Positions 22,591 to 36,821 of a stretch of 64,000 nt of DNA are shown here, piece after piece. This stretch comes from Squalus acanthias (Eukaryota), in NCBI GenBank assembly GCA_030390025.1, contig JASTWF010000048.1:248001-312000 (forward strand), in the 5' to 3' direction. The position numbers were made by a program, and so were the translations under genes. A model generated the notes under the pieces. It was not told the origin of the DNA, made no database searches, and saw only the letters and a program-made list of their open reading frames with translations. Numbering within the stretch: position 1 is the first letter of the stretch; every line of letters starts with the position of its first letter.

Positions 22591-24939
22591 GGATATAAAG
22601 GCAACGGAAAAGGTGCAAAGTAAGATTAAGTTAGATGGACTGGAGAATGATAGAATGAAAGGTAGATAGAGAGAAAATATGTTTTCATATATCAAGAAAG
22701 AAAACAAGGAAGGAAACGAAGAGAGAACGAAAGAAAGACTGAAGGAATGGCAGAAAGAAGGAGAGAAAAATATAAAGAAGGAACTAAACTAAAAAGACTG
22801 GTGGATTTTACACACTGAACACAGTGTTTTCGTTCTCCACGGGGACAGCAGAGGGCGGTCTAGGACCACGAATCACTCAGTTGATTGAATATGTATTGCT
22901 CAGAAGACAGGATTCAGTGCAGGTCTTTCAATCCCCTTGCATCTGTTACGCAGGAACAGGAAGCGGTCATACATTCCTCTAGCCTGTTACACAGCAGAAG
23001 GCCGGGTAGCTATTCGAGCCTGTTACATAGGAAGAAGAGGTGGCCATTGAGCCTCTCGAGCCTGACCTGCCATTCAATGAGATCATGGCTGATGTTTGAT
23101 TGAATTTCATCTAATCACCTTTGATCCATATTTCTCGATACCCTTACCCCACAAATATTTATCAATCTCAGTCTTGAATGCTCCAATTGATTTTCAGCCT
23201 GCCCTCTTAATTTAACCATCTAAGTCCTACATGNNNNNNNNNNNNNNNNNNNNNNNNNNNNNNNNNNNNNNNNNNNNNNNNNNNNNNNNNNNNNNNNNNN
23301 NNNNNNNNNNNNNNNNNNNNNNNNNNNNNNNNNNNNNNNNNNNNNNNNNNNNNNNNNNNNNNNNNNNNNNNNNNNNNNNNNNNNNNNNNNNNNNNNNNNN
23401 NNNNNNNNNNNNNNNNNNNNNNNNNNNNNNNNNNNNNNNNNNNNNNNNNNNNNNNNNNNNNNNNNNNNNNNNNNNNNNACCTTAGATGAATTTAATTGAT
23501 TATTAACCATTAAACATACTGTATTAATGGTTTGGATGTCCTTTTCTTTAATATATTCTCTACATTATAAGAAGTAGATGAGGCGGAGTTGTAAATGGCT
23601 TAATGAAATAGTTGAAAGAGCGGACGGAGGAATATGGGAAGCATCACACGTACCTCCCGATTATTCCTCTGAATAATTCCCAGGATCACCGCAGGAGAGG
23701 AGGTACAGATCCCTACCCGATTTGTCGGATTGCGGTAGTGACCAGAGATGCGCTGATTATCAAAGAACTTTAGAATGATGCACCACAGATGGAGCACAGA
23801 TGGAGTCCATTTGGCCCATTGTGCCTGTGCCGGCTCTTTGAAAGTGCTGTCCGATTTGTCCCAGTCCCCATCTCTTTCCCCATAGCCCTGTAAAATTTCC
23901 ACGCAAGATTTTATCCAATTCACTTTTGAAAGTTACTATTGTACATTCTTCCACCGCCCTTTCAGACGGTTCATTCCAGATAATAACAACTCGCAGAGCA
24001 AACACATTCTCCTCCTCTTCCCCTCTGGTTCTTCTGCCAAACACCTTTTATCTGCCTCCTCTGGTTACCGACCCTGCGGCCATTGGAGAGAATTTCCCCT
24101 TAATTACTCTATCAAAACCTTCATGATTTTGAACACTTACATTAAATCCCCCCTTAATCGTCTCTGCCCGACAGAGAACAATCCCATCTTCTCTAGTCTT
24201 TCAATGTGACTGAATACCCTTGTCCCTGGTACCATTTATTAGATCTCCTCTGCACCCCCTCAAAAGGCTTCATACACTTCCGATAGTGTGGTGTTCAGTA
24301 TCGGAACCAAAACTCCAGCTGTTTCCATAACCCATGATACCTTTACCCAACAAAAATCGAAGTTTTGAAATCTCCAGTTGACCTCTGGCCTCAACAGTAC
24401 TTTGGGCGAGAGAACTGCAGATTTTCATTATTCATTGTGTCAAGAGGTGCCTCCAGATATGACCCTTGTTCGACCTCGCTTTAATGCTCAGCTGATGACC
24501 CCTAGTTCTGGACAGCCCCTCACCAGAGGGAATACCTTCTCTCTATCTACAGTCTCCAATACTTTTAACATTTTCAACACTTCAGTAGGATCACTGCTCA
24601 ATCTTCTGTACTCAATGGACTACAAGACTAGTCTATGTAGTCTGTCTCATAAGGGACTATTTCAAAAAGTAATTCCTGTTAATAACCTTTCTTTANNNNN
24701 NNNNNNNNNNNNNNNNNNNNNNNNNNNNNNNNNNNNNNNNNNNNNNNNNNNNNNNNNNNNNNNNNNNNNNNNNNNNNNNNNNNNNNNNNNNNNNNNNNNN
24801 NNNNNNNNNNNNNNNNNNNNNNNNNNNNNNNNNNNNNNNNNNNNNNNNNNNNNNTTCTCTGCTTCTTTCTTTCTTTCTTTCTTTCTCCATTGCAACGAAT
24901 GTCCCTGTTTATTGACCTCCTCCCCGTCTCTTTCTCAAA

Positions 24940-25123
24940 CGTGAACTCATATCCAGCGAAGGAGCCGCAGTTAATGTTTTTCTCCCTAACTGTACAAAGT
25001 GTAACTGCAGAGGGGGCGGTGAATGGTTTTACCACCGAGCGACCGAATGATTACAACTTCAACCTGAAGTCCACCAGCCTGCGTGCGAATGACTCGACCG
25101 TGTATTACTGCGCCTGGAGTCTT
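24940..25123 (+). pseudogene. Family A V pseudogene (duplicate of 21789-21972)
   Basis: Identical sequence. Confidence 0.88.
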
Positions 25124-28100
25124 CACAGTGACTCAGAGAGATGGAGGTGCTCAAAAAAATATTCGAAACGCGGCTGGAAACACCTGTTTAAGATAAAACC
25201 GCGCGGTGCTGCGTCCTGTTTGGTTTATTTTGGAGAGCGACCGTGCTTTTAAGAAGAAGAGGAGACGGGTTTGATTTAACCTGAGAGATTAGATGTAGAG
25301 GCACTGAAGAAGCTGCAAATCAGGAATAACAAGAATTATACCAGAACAGAGAAGTTATAACTATCATGAAAGGCTGAACAGGCTGGGGCTCTTTTCTCTA
25401 GAAAGGAGGAGGCTGAGTGGTGACATGATAGAGATCTTCAAGATTGGCTTCCGTTTAAGCAGCGCCTCGATTTCAAAATTCTCATCCTTGTTTTCAAATC
25501 CCTCCATGCCCTCGGCCCTCCCTATCTCTGAAATCCCCTTCAGCCCCATAACCCCCGAGATATCTGGGCTCCTCTAATTCTGCCCTCTTCAGCATCTCTG
25601 ATTATAATCGCTCAACCATCGGTGGCCGTGCCTTCTGTTGCCTCGGCCCTAAGCTCTGCATTTCCCCCCTAAACCTGTCAGCCGATGCTACCTCTCTTTC
25701 CTCCTTTAAGACGCTCCTTAAAACCTACCTTTTTGATCATTGGATATAAAGGCAACGGAAAAGGTGCAAAGTAAGATTAAGTTAGATGGACTGGAGAATG
25801 ATAGAATGAAAGGTAGATAGAGAGAAAATATGTTTTCATATATCAAGAAAGAAAACAAGGAAGGAAACGAAGAGAGAACGAAAGAAAGACTGAAGGAATG
25901 GCAGAAAGAAGGAGAGAAAAATATAAAGAAGGAACTAAACTAAAAAGACTGGTGGATTTTACACACTGAACACAGTGTTTTCGTTCTCCACGGGGACAGC
26001 AGAGGGCGGTCTAGGACCACGAATCACTCAGTTGATTGAATATGTATTGCTCAGAAGACAGGATTCAGTGCAGGTCTTTCAATCCCCTTGCATCTGTTAC
26101 GCAGGAACAGGAAGCGGTCATACATTCCTCTAGCCTGTTACACAGCAGAAGGCCGGGTAGCTATTCGAGCCTGTTACATAGGAAGAAGAGGTGGCCATTG
26201 AGCCTCTCGAGCCTGACCTGCCATTCAATGAGATCATGGCTGATGTTTGATTGAATTTCATCTAATCACCTTTGATCCATATTTCTCGATACCCTTACCC
26301 CACAAATATTTATCAATCTCAGTCTTGAATGCTCCAATTGATTTTCAGCCTGCCCTCTTAATTTAACCATCTAAGTCCTACATGNNNNNNNNNNNNNNNN
26401 NNNNNNNNNNNNNNNNNNNNNNNNNNNNNNNNNNNNNNNNNNNNNNNNNNNNNNNNNNNNNNNNNNNNNNNNNNNNNNNNNNNNNNNNNNNNNNNNNNNN
26501 NNNNNNNNNNNNNNNNNNNNNNNNNNNNNNNNNNNNNNNNNNNNNNNNNNNNNNNNNNNNNNNNNNNNNNNNNNNNNNNNNNNNNNNNNNNNNNNNNNNN
26601 NNNNNNNNNNNNNNNNNNNNNNNNNNNNNACCTTAGATGAATTTAATTGATTATTAACCATTAAACATACTGTATTAATGGTTTGGATGTCCTTTTCTTT
26701 AATATATTCTCTACATTATAAGAAGTAGATGAGGCGGAGTTGTAAATGGCTTAATGAAATAGTTGAAAGAGCGGACGGAGGAATATGGGAAGCATCACAC
26801 GTACCTCCCGATTATTCCTCTGAATAATTCCCAGGATCACCGCAGGAGAGGAGGTACAGATCCCTACCCGATTTGTCGGATTGCGGTAGTGACCAGAGAT
26901 GCGCTGATTATCAAAGAACTTTAGAATGATGCACCACAGATGGAGCACAGATGGAGTCCATTTGGCCCATTGTGCCTGTGCCGGCTCTTTGAAAGTGCTG
27001 TCCGATTTGTCCCAGTCCCCATCTCTTTCCCCATAGCCCTGTAAAATTTCCACGCAAGATTTTATCCAATTCACTTTTGAAAGTTACTATTGTACATTCT
27101 TCCACCGCCCTTTCAGACGGTTCATTCCAGATAATAACAACTCGCAGAGCAAACACATTCTCCTCCTCTTCCCCTCTGGTTCTTCTGCCAAACACCTTTT
27201 ATCTGCCTCCTCTGGTTACCGACCCTGCGGCCATTGGAGAGAATTTCCCCTTAATTACTCTATCAAAACCTTCATGATTTTGAACACCTCTATCAATTCT
27301 CCCCTTAACCTTCTCTGCTCTAAGTTGAACTCATACAAATAGGAAATTGTTAATCTTAGAATCCTTAAACGTGTCACCGAAGTTTCACGCTGTGCAAAGT
27401 CGAGATGCGCCTCTAGATACGTTTGTCACCGGGACACCTGCATCATGACGGCGGTTTCAGCATCTGTTCACAACAGTTTAGCCGCTTCTCTATCAGGCTC
27501 TAGGGCCCTTTTGATGTCTTTCTCAATGATTCTGCGAATTCAACCCAGTAAAATATTTAACCCTTAAATTCTCGTTCAGCACACCGGAACTGAAACCGGC
27601 ACTGCCTGAAACAGGAGAGCACTTGGTCCCAACAATGTTGCGTGCCTTATAGAATCATAAAATCGTACAGCACAGAAGGAGGCCATTCGGCCCATCGAGC
27701 CTGTGCTGTCTCTTTGAAAGTCCGACCCAATGAGACCCCCTCGGGTTTCATCCCACCCCTCTTCTACACCCCATCATCATATCCTTCTATTCCTTCCTCC
27801 CTCACACACTTTTATAATTTCCGCTTAAATGCATTTATGCTATTTACATCAAACACTCCACGTGGTATCAAGTTCTACATTCCCAGCACACTTTGTGTAA
27901 AGATATTACTCGTGAATTCTCTGTTAGATTTATTAGTGTTTGTCTTATATTTGTGACCCTTAGTTTTGGCCGCTCCTGTCAATTTAGTCCGGCTATCCTG
28001 CTCATTTCCCATAGACCTGTGTTCTCTTTCTTTTTCAAGTTTATCTCCAATTTCCTTTTGAAAGTTATTATTGAATCTGTTTCCACTGCCCGTCCAGGCA

Positions 28101-28494
28101 ATATATTCCAGATCATGAAAACTCTCGGTGTAATAACATTTATGTTTCCTCATCTCCCCGCTGGTTCTTTTGCCCATTATCTTAAATCTGTGCCCTCTGG
28201 TTAACGACCCTCCTGCCAGTGGATATAGTTTCTCCCTATGAAGTCTATCAAAACCCTTCTTAATTTTGAACATCTCTATTATTTCTCTCCTTAACTTCTG
28301 TGCTGTACGGTTCTCTGAATTGGCTTAACTACCGAAGGAATGGGATGGCTCGTAGGCTACTCAGGAAGTGACGTAAGAGTGACAATTACAACCGGATGCT
28401 TCGTCTTCAATCAGATGCAACAGAGAAACTGCCTTTAAACGTGGTATTGAGCTACACTCGATCACACAGCAAGCCAGTATCGAATGAATAAATC

Positions 28495-29416
28495 ATGTTT
28501 CATGAAACTCATTATCTAACGTTGATGGTGACACTGATCCCACGTAAGTCAAAGTAACAAACTTATGCAGAGGTCTTTGTAGAATAATGTAGTATCATGT
28601 CAGCTCTTGTTCAGCTGGTAGAAACCTTGACTCGGAATCAGAGGTTTGCTGTTCGAGTCCCACTCCTCAGACTTGAGCACAAAATCTATGCTGATACTCC
28701 CGAGACCAGCACTGAGGGAGTGCTGCACTGTCGGAGGTGCCATCTTTCAGGTCAGGCGTTAAACTGAGCCGCCCTCTCAGGTGGACGTAAATGATCACAG
28801 GGCACTATTGGAAGAAGAGCAGCGAAGTTGTCGCCGGTGACCTGGGCCATCATTAATCCCACAACATACACCAAAAAACCAGATGTACCGGTCATTTATT
28901 TAAATGCAGTATGTGGGAGCTTGCTGCGATCAAATTGGCTGTCTCCTTCCCTTCATTACATTAATGACTACACTTTAATCAGTATTTCATTTGTTGTAAG
29001 GATCTTTGTGACTTTCTGAGGTCGTGAGTGGCGCTTTATGAATGGAAGTTCATTTTCTTTGCAGTCCGCGCTCAAATAAATTATTGATAAAATAAGAAAC
29101 TAATCGATGTTGCATTCGACAGGAATACTCGCCTCGTACGTGGAGCAGTCGCCTTCTGTCCTATCGATTGGAGCAGGAGAGTCGATCACGCTCAGATGCA
29201 CGCTGACGAATACTGCTTATCCGCAAATGTTCTGGTACAGACAACAACCCGACCGGGCATTAGAAGCTCTTTTCTCTTCTGCTGGCGACAGTGATGCTAG
29301 GAATTACACGTCCGAGTCTTTTAAGGCAGAAAGAATCAGCAATACGCTGTTTACTTTGCACCTGAGCGCCGCCTCTCCGTCTCACACCGCTGTCTATTAC
29401 TGTGCTTGTAGTATCG
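28495..29416 (+). CDS. TRBV: TCR beta V segment, family C; leader 28495-28543, V exon 29123-29416; 23-RSS 29417-29455
   Basis: MFHETHYLTLMVTLIP|GTAAG; YYCACSI; divergent CDR1/CDR2. Confidence 0.87.
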
Positions 29417-29528
29417 CACAGCGTTTGAGAAAGCGGCTCCCCCGCTACAAAAACCTGCACCGGATGAATGGAGTTCAGTGCTCATTTTCCGCCACCAGTT
29501 GGCAGCACTAGATATTAGTTCAGTGCTT

Positions 29529-32500
29529 GTCTGCTTTCTCCCCATATCCCTTGATCCCTTTAGACTTAAGAAATATATCTAACTCCTTCTTGAATATATT
29601 TAATGAATTGGTCTTAGCTGCTTTCTGTGGTAGAGAATTCCACAGGTTCACCACTCTCTAGATGAAGACATTCCTCCTCATCTCAGTCCTAAATGTCTCA
29701 GCCCTTATACTTAGACTGTGACCTCTGGTTCTGGACTCCCCCGCCATCGGGAACATGCTTCCTGCATCTAGTTTGTCTAGTCCTATTAGAATTTTATAAG
29801 TTTCAATGAGATCCCCTCTCATTCTTCTAAACTCCAGCGAATATAAGCCAAATCGACCCAATCTCTCTTCGTACGTCATTCCTGCCATCCCAGGTATCAG
29901 TCTGGTAAATCTTCGCTGCACTCCCTCCATGCCAAGAACATCCTTCCTCAGACAAGGCGACCAAAACTGCACACAATACACAAGGTGTGGTCTCATCAAG
30001 GCCTTGTACAACTGCAGCAAGAATCCTTGCTCCTGTACTCGAATCCTCTCGCTCTGAAGGCCAACATACCATTTGCCTTCTTAACCGCCTGCTGCACCTG
30101 CATGCTTACCTTCAGCGACTGGTGCACAAGGACTCCCAGTTCTCGTTTCGCTTCCCGTTTTCCCAATCTATTGCCGTTCAAATAATTATCTGTCTTCCTG
30201 TTTTTGCCACCAAGGTGGATAACCTCGCATTTATCCACATTATACTGCATCTGCCATGCATCTGCCAAATCACCCAACCTGACCAAATAATACTGGAATT
30301 TCTCTGCATCCTCCTCACAGCACACATGCCCACCCAGCTTTGTGTCTTCTGCAAACTTGGAGATATTACATCTAGTTCCCTCGTCTAGGTCATTAATTTA
30401 TATTTTGAATAGCTGTGGTCCTAGCACCGATCCTTGCGGTATCCCACTAGTCACTGCCTGCCACTCGGAAAAAGACTCGTTTATTCCAACACTTTTCTTC
30501 CTGTCTGCCAAACAGTTCTCTATCCAAATCAGTACCTTACCCCAATCCCATGTGCTTTAACTTTGCACGCTAATCTCTTATGCGGGACCTTACCAAAAAA
30601 CATCTGAAAGTCCAAATACACCACATCCACTGGTTCTCCCTTATTTATTCTATCAGTTACATCCTCAAAAAATTCCAGTAGATTAGTCAGGCATGATTTA
30701 CCTTTTGTAAATCCATGTTGCTTTGTCCGATCCTGTCACTGTTTTCCAAGTGCTCTGCCATTACATCTTTTATAATGGACGCTAGCATTTTGCCCACTAC
30801 CGATGTCAGGCTTACTGGTCTATAATTCCCAGTTTTTTCGCTACTACCTTCTTTAAATAGTGGGGTTACATTAGCTACCCTCCAATCCATGGGAACTGTT
30901 CCAGAGTCTATAGAATTTTGAAAGATGAGCAGCAATGCATCTACTATTTCTAGGGCCACTTCCTTAAGTACCCGAGGTTGTAGATTATCAGGCCCTGGGG
31001 ATTTATCGTCCTTCAACCCCGTCAATTACCCTAACACCATTTCCCTACAAATATTGATTTCATTCAATTCCTCCCTCTCATTAGACCCTATGTTCCCCGA
31101 CATCTCTGGGAGGTTATTTGTGTCCTCATTTGTGAAGACAGAACCAAAGTATGTATTTAATTGGTCCGCCATTTCTTTGTTCCCCATTATAAATTCCCCT
31201 GATTCGGACTGCAAAGGACCTACGCTTGACTTTACCAATCATTTTCTCTTCACATATTTACAGAAGCTTTTACAGTCAGCTTTTATGTTCACTGCAAGCT
31301 TACTCTGATATTCTATTTTGCCCCTGTATATTAATCCCTTTGTCCTCCTTTGCTGATTCCTAAACTGCTCCCAATCCTCAGGTTTGCATCTTTTTCTGGC
31401 CAATTTATATGTCCTCTCCTTGGATCTTATGCTATCCCTAATTTCCCTTGTTAGCCACAGTTGAGTCACCTTTTTTGTTTTATTTTTTATGCCAAACAGA
31501 GGTGAACAAATTCTGTTGTTCATCCGTGCGATCTTTAAATGTTTGCCATTGCCTATCCATCACAACCCTTTAAGTAACGCTCCCCAATCCATCCTAGCCA
31601 ACTCGCGGCTCATAAGATTGTAGTTTCCTTTATTTAAATTCAGGACCCTAGTCTCTGAGTCAACTACTTCACTCTCCTTCTTAATGAAGAATTCTATCAT
31701 ATTATGATCGCTCCTCCCCAAGGAGCCTCGCACAAGAAGATTGCTAATTACTCCTTTCTCATTACATAATACCCAGTCTAAGATGGCCCGATCTCTAGTT
31801 GGTTCCTCGACATATTGGTCCAGGAAACCATCCCGTATACACTCTAGGAATTTCTCCTCCACAGTATTGTTACTAATTTGATTAGCCCAATCTATATGTA
31901 GATTAAAGTCACCCATGATAACTGCCGTGCCCTTATTGCACGCATCTCTAATTTCCCGTTTAATGCCATCCCCAAACTCAGCATTACAGTTTGGGCGACT
32001 GTATACAACTCCCACAACCTTTATCTGCCCCTTGGTATTTCTCACTTCTACCCATACAGATTCCACATCATCAGAGCTAATATTCTTCCTTACTATTGTG
32101 TTAATCTCCTCTTTAACGAGCAATGCTACACCACCTCCTTTTCCTTTTTGTCTGTCCTTCCTGAATATTGAATACCCCTGGATGTTGAATTCCCAGCCTT
32201 GGTCACCCTGGAGCCATGTCTCCATAATCCCAATTATAACATATCCATTTACATCTATTTGCACAGCTATTTCATCCACCTTATTACGAATGCTCCTCGC
32301 ATTAAGACACAAAGCCTTCAGGCTTGTTTTTTAAACACTCTTAGTCCTTTTATTATGATTATTTACTGTAGCCCTGTCTGATTTATCCCCTTGATTGCTC
32401 TGCCTTCCACTTCTGCTTTTCTCCTTCTTGCCTTTTGCTTCTATCCTTGCTTCCCTTTCCTCTGTTTCCCTGCACAGGTTCCCAACCCCCTGCCATTTTA

Positions 32501-33640
32501 ATTTAAACCCTCCCCAACAGCACTAGGAAACACTCACCCTAGGACATCGGTCCCGGTCCTGCCCAGGTGCAAACCGTCCAGTTTGTACTGATCCCACCTC
32601 CCCCAGAACCGGTTCCAATGTCCCAGGCATTTGAATCCCTCCCCCTTGCAGCATTCCTCTGGCCACGAATTCATCTGAAATATTCTCTATTTCTACTGTG
32701 ATTAGCACGTGGCAACGGTAGCAATCCTGAGATTACTACCTTTGAGGTCCTATTTTTTAATTTACTTCCTAACTCCCTATATTCAGCTTTTAGGACCTCA
32801 TCCCGTTCTTTTACCTATATTGTTGGTACCTATATGCACCACGACAACTGGCTGTTCACCCTCCCCCTGCAGAACGCCCTGCAGCCGCTCCGAGACAACC
32901 TTGACCCTTGCACCAGGGAGGCAACATACCAACCTGGAGTCTCGTTTGCGTCCGCAGAAACGCCTATCTATTCCCCTTACAATAGAATCTCCTATCACTA
33001 CAGCTCTCCCGCTCTTTTTGCTCCCGTCCTGTGCAGCAGAACCACCCATGGTGCCAGGAAGTTGGCTGCTGCTGTCTTCCCCCGATAAGCCATCTCTCTC
33101 AACAATATCCAAAGTGGTATATCTGTTTGAGAGGGGCATGTCCACAGGGGAGCCCTGCACTACCTGCCTGCGCATACTACTCTGCCTGGTGGTCGCCCAT
33201 TCCCTTCCTGCCTGTGCAACCTTTACCTGCGGCGTGACCAACTCCCTAAACGTGCTATCCACGATGTCCTCAGCATCGGGAATGCTCCAGTATGCATCCA
33301 TTCGCAGCTCCAGCACCACAATGCAGTCTGCCAGTAGCTGCTGCTGGATACACTTCCCGCACACATGGTCAACAGGGACACAGGAAGTGTCCCTGATTTC
33401 CCACATAGTGCAGGAGGAGCATGCCACGGGACTGAGCTGTGCTGCCATGACTTACCCTTTAATTAATTTAAATTAACTCAAATCAATACCACAAGTTACA
33501 CTACAATTAAATGATATACTCAAGGGCCCTTGTATACTTGCTCTCCCTGCTACACAACAGAGACCTTACAAAGTATAACCACAAAAATTAGGACCTTCTA
33601 AATTTATAAACTATTAACCTTAACTGTCAAACTACAGAGT
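29529..33640 (-). mobile_element. Near full-length decayed CR1 LINE: ORF1 with zinc finger and SGNH esterase (about 32500-33448), ORF2 APE-RT (about 29530-32330) with many frameshifts and stops
   Basis: CSSC..CGKC, GDSIVRG, HIGTNN; LNARSI, GDFN, SDHN; SPGPD, NYRPVSL; 5' boundary approximate. Confidence 0.93.
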
Positions 33641-35844
33641 AGTGCATGAGGAATAGTAGGAGGCCATTCGGCCACTCGAGCCATTTATACATGAACTCGC
33701 AGAGGCCTTGAAGCCCCTCGAGCCCGTTAAACAAGTGCAGGAGTTGGTCCATTCAGCCTTTCGAACCTGTTACATAGTAACAGGAGTAGGCCTCTGCAGC
33801 CACTCAAGCCTATTATATATGAACAGGAGGCCATTTAGCCCCAAGAGCCTATTGCAAATGTCCATGTCCCCATTGCAACTTTCTGATCACATCAACTCAA
33901 CTTACTGCCAATCAGAGAGGGAGGGGTGGAGCGGCCAATCAGAGAGGAAGGGGCGGAGCATTGTATATGCAGTGTTTTCTTCTGAATGATGAAGATCGTT
34001 GCACTTCACACCCGCCAGTTCCGGGCCTTGCACACAACAGTCTCAGAGCTGGGATCACTGAACAAGTACATTGATTCTAATTGGTTTGACTGGGGACGCA
34101 GGCGTGTTCAACCCTGCATCACTTCCTTATGCTCTTCATGTTTTCCTCAATTATTTGACAAGAGCCGGCGAGACGTTGACGTCAGAGACGCAAGACCTGC
34201 CTCCAACAAGTAACCAATCGGTGCAATTTTGTGAGAAGAGGTTCCCGGCTAAATCAGGAGCAGCAAAGGAGCGGAGGGGAATGGAAGTGCGGGGCTGTAG
34301 GACCGCATGTCTCTCACTCCTGCTACACTGTCTGAGTTTGGAGGTCAGTTCTGGTCAGCGCACCTTTACCTCTCAAAGCAGTTTGTTTTAATAGAGAGAG
34401 AGTGTGAGTGACTGAGCGAGTCAGTGAGGGAGTCAGAGAGACAGAGACACACAGACAGACAGAAATAGATAAATAAAGGGTGAGGGAGCGAGTCGGTGAG
34501 AGAGAGACAGACACACAGAGGGAGAGACATAGAAAGTGAGTGAGAGATTGTGAGAGAAGGAGTAAGTGATAGAAACAGAGAGAGAGTGAGAGACATAGAT
34601 ATAGAGTGAGCAATTGAGACAGAGAGAGAGAGAGAGACAGAAAGAGTGAGTGAGGGAGTGAGTGAGAGAGACAGAGATAGAGATACAGAGATAGAGAGAG
34701 AGGGAGAGACATAGAGATAGAGTAAGAAATTGAGACAGAGAGTGAGACAGAAAGAGTGACTGAGGTAGTGAGAGAGACAGAGATACAGATATATATATAT
34801 ATAGACAGNNNNNNNNNNNNNNNNNNNNNNNNNNNNNNNNNNNNNNNNNNNNNNNNNNNNNNNNNNNNNNNNNNNNNNNNNNNNNNNNNNNNNNNNNNNN
34901 NNNNNNNNNNNNNNNNNNNNNNNNNNNNNNNNNNNNNNNNNNNNNNNNNNNNNNNNNNNNNNNNNNNNNNNNNNNNNNNNNNNNNNTGATTCTGAGTTTC
35001 AAACCTCATTCTCTGCATTTCACAGGCAGTAGAGGCTGGTTTGTGGAACAGGAGGCGTGGTCACTGACCGTGTCCGGGAGCGAGACCTACTTTTACGTCT
35101 TTCTTTCTTTCTTTCCTTCTTCCCTTCTTTATTTTTCTCCCAATGCCCGCCTTTGCTGCAAATCCCTTGATATCCTAACCCAACATGAATCCATCCAACT
35201 CAGCCTTGCGAGCTCCAATTGTCCCCCAGCATCCGCAGCCTTTTGGTGGCGAGAGTTCCAGATTTCAAAAGGGAATTGGAGAAATACTCGAAGGAGCAAA
35301 ACTGCAGGGATATGGGGAAAGAGCGGCGGAGTGGGAGTAACTAGATTGCTCTTCGAAAGAGACAGCGCAGACCCCATGGGCGGAATGTCCTCCTTCTGTG
35401 CTACACTATTCTAAGATTCTATGACATTTTCAAATTACATAATTTCTCAACAGCCGGACTTTATTGGGAATCAGGGCATTAAGGGCACCTCGGAAATTAT
35501 TCCCGATTCCAGTTAGCTCTATATCGATGCTTATTCATGTTCCAGCTCAGCGAGTATTATCCCGGATGTGGAACGATTTAACTGTAGTCGGAATACAGTT
35601 TGCAAGTTCCCCAGTCAATGGCGATTCAATCAACGGGGAGATGGGCGGTGCTGTCAATCAGAGAGGGAGGGACTTTGTTTGTAATTCAGAGAGGGCGGGG
35701 GGGCGGCACTGTCCAAACCTGCATCACTCCCTCGCGCTCTTCAGATTTCCTCAATGATTTGAAAAGAGCGGGTTGGATCCTCACCAGACACAACTCTCCT
35801 GTTCTCGCTCTTTTCATTATTAAAAGAATAGCCTCCAGTCAAAG

Positions 35845-36401
35845 ATGTATCTGTTACTGGGTCTGATGATCTTGTTTCACCGTAAGGGACTTTTTCAAAC
35901 ATTAATTGTTGTTAATAACNNNNNNNNNNNNNNNNNNNNNNNNNNNNNNNNNNNNNNNNNNNNNNNNNNNNNNNNNNNNNNNNNNNNNNNNNNNNNNNNN
36001 NNNNNNNNNNNNNNNNNNNNNNNNNNNNNNNNNNNNNNNNNNNNNNNNNNNNNNNNNNNNNNNATCCCCGTTAACTGAATTCCTCCTCTCTTGTCTGTTT
36101 CCTAGATGTGAACTCGCAGAGTATCCACCAGATTCCCGCTGCCGTCTCAAAATTGTCTGGGGAGGGAGTGGAACTGAAGTGCGATGTGAAGGGCACCAGT
36201 AGCCCTTACATCTACTGGTACAGGCAATACCCGGGGAAGGAGCCGCAGTGTATGTTTTACTCCACGATTACCAATCACGTGAATCCAGAGAGGACGGTGG
36301 ACGGTTTTACCGCCGAGCGACCGAATGGCAACGAGTTCAACCTGAAGTCCTCCAGCCTGCGGGCGAATCACTCGGCCGTGTATTACTGCGCCTGGAGTCT
36401 T
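35845..36401 (+). CDS. TRBV: TCR beta V segment, family A; leader 35845-35881, V exon 36106-36401; 23-RSS 36402-36440
   Basis: MYLLLGLMILFH|GTAAG; YYCAWS; consensus RSS; extra Cys in FR2 (EPQCMF). Confidence 0.88.
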
Positions 36402-36821
36402 CACAGTGACTCAGAGTGATGGAGGAGCTCAACAAAAACCCCAAAGCGGCAGGAAACACCTGTGGGGATTGAATTGCGCGGTGCCGCGACCTGCTGTTTA
36501 ATTTTTACAGAGCGAACTTGTTTTTGACAACAAGAGACGGGTTGTAATAAAAGTGTGAGATTAGATATCGAGGCACTGGAGTAGGGGGCAAGAAGGATTA
36601 ACAAGGATGATACCAGAACTGAGAGGTTTTAACTATCTAGAAACAGAAACAGTGAAAGGCCTGGTTTTTGTCCACTGACTCTGTTTTGTTTCGCAAAAGG
36701 GACAGGAGGGGGCGCTCTAGGACCATGAAGGAAACATTGTCCTGGAGCAGGGCTCAAAAGAGCACAGAAAGAGGAGGAGGTCATCCAGCCACTCGAGCTT
36801 ATTGTACACGAACAGGAGGAC

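Larger units (their letters stand above)
20969..27287 (+). repeat. Near-identical tandem duplication of about 3.15 kb (20969-24104 / 24105-27255, plus shared breakpoint motif)
   Basis: Identical ORF sets at offsets 3135/3151; breakpoints fall in TACTCTATCAAAAC(A)CTTCATGATTTTGAACAC. Confidence 0.95.
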
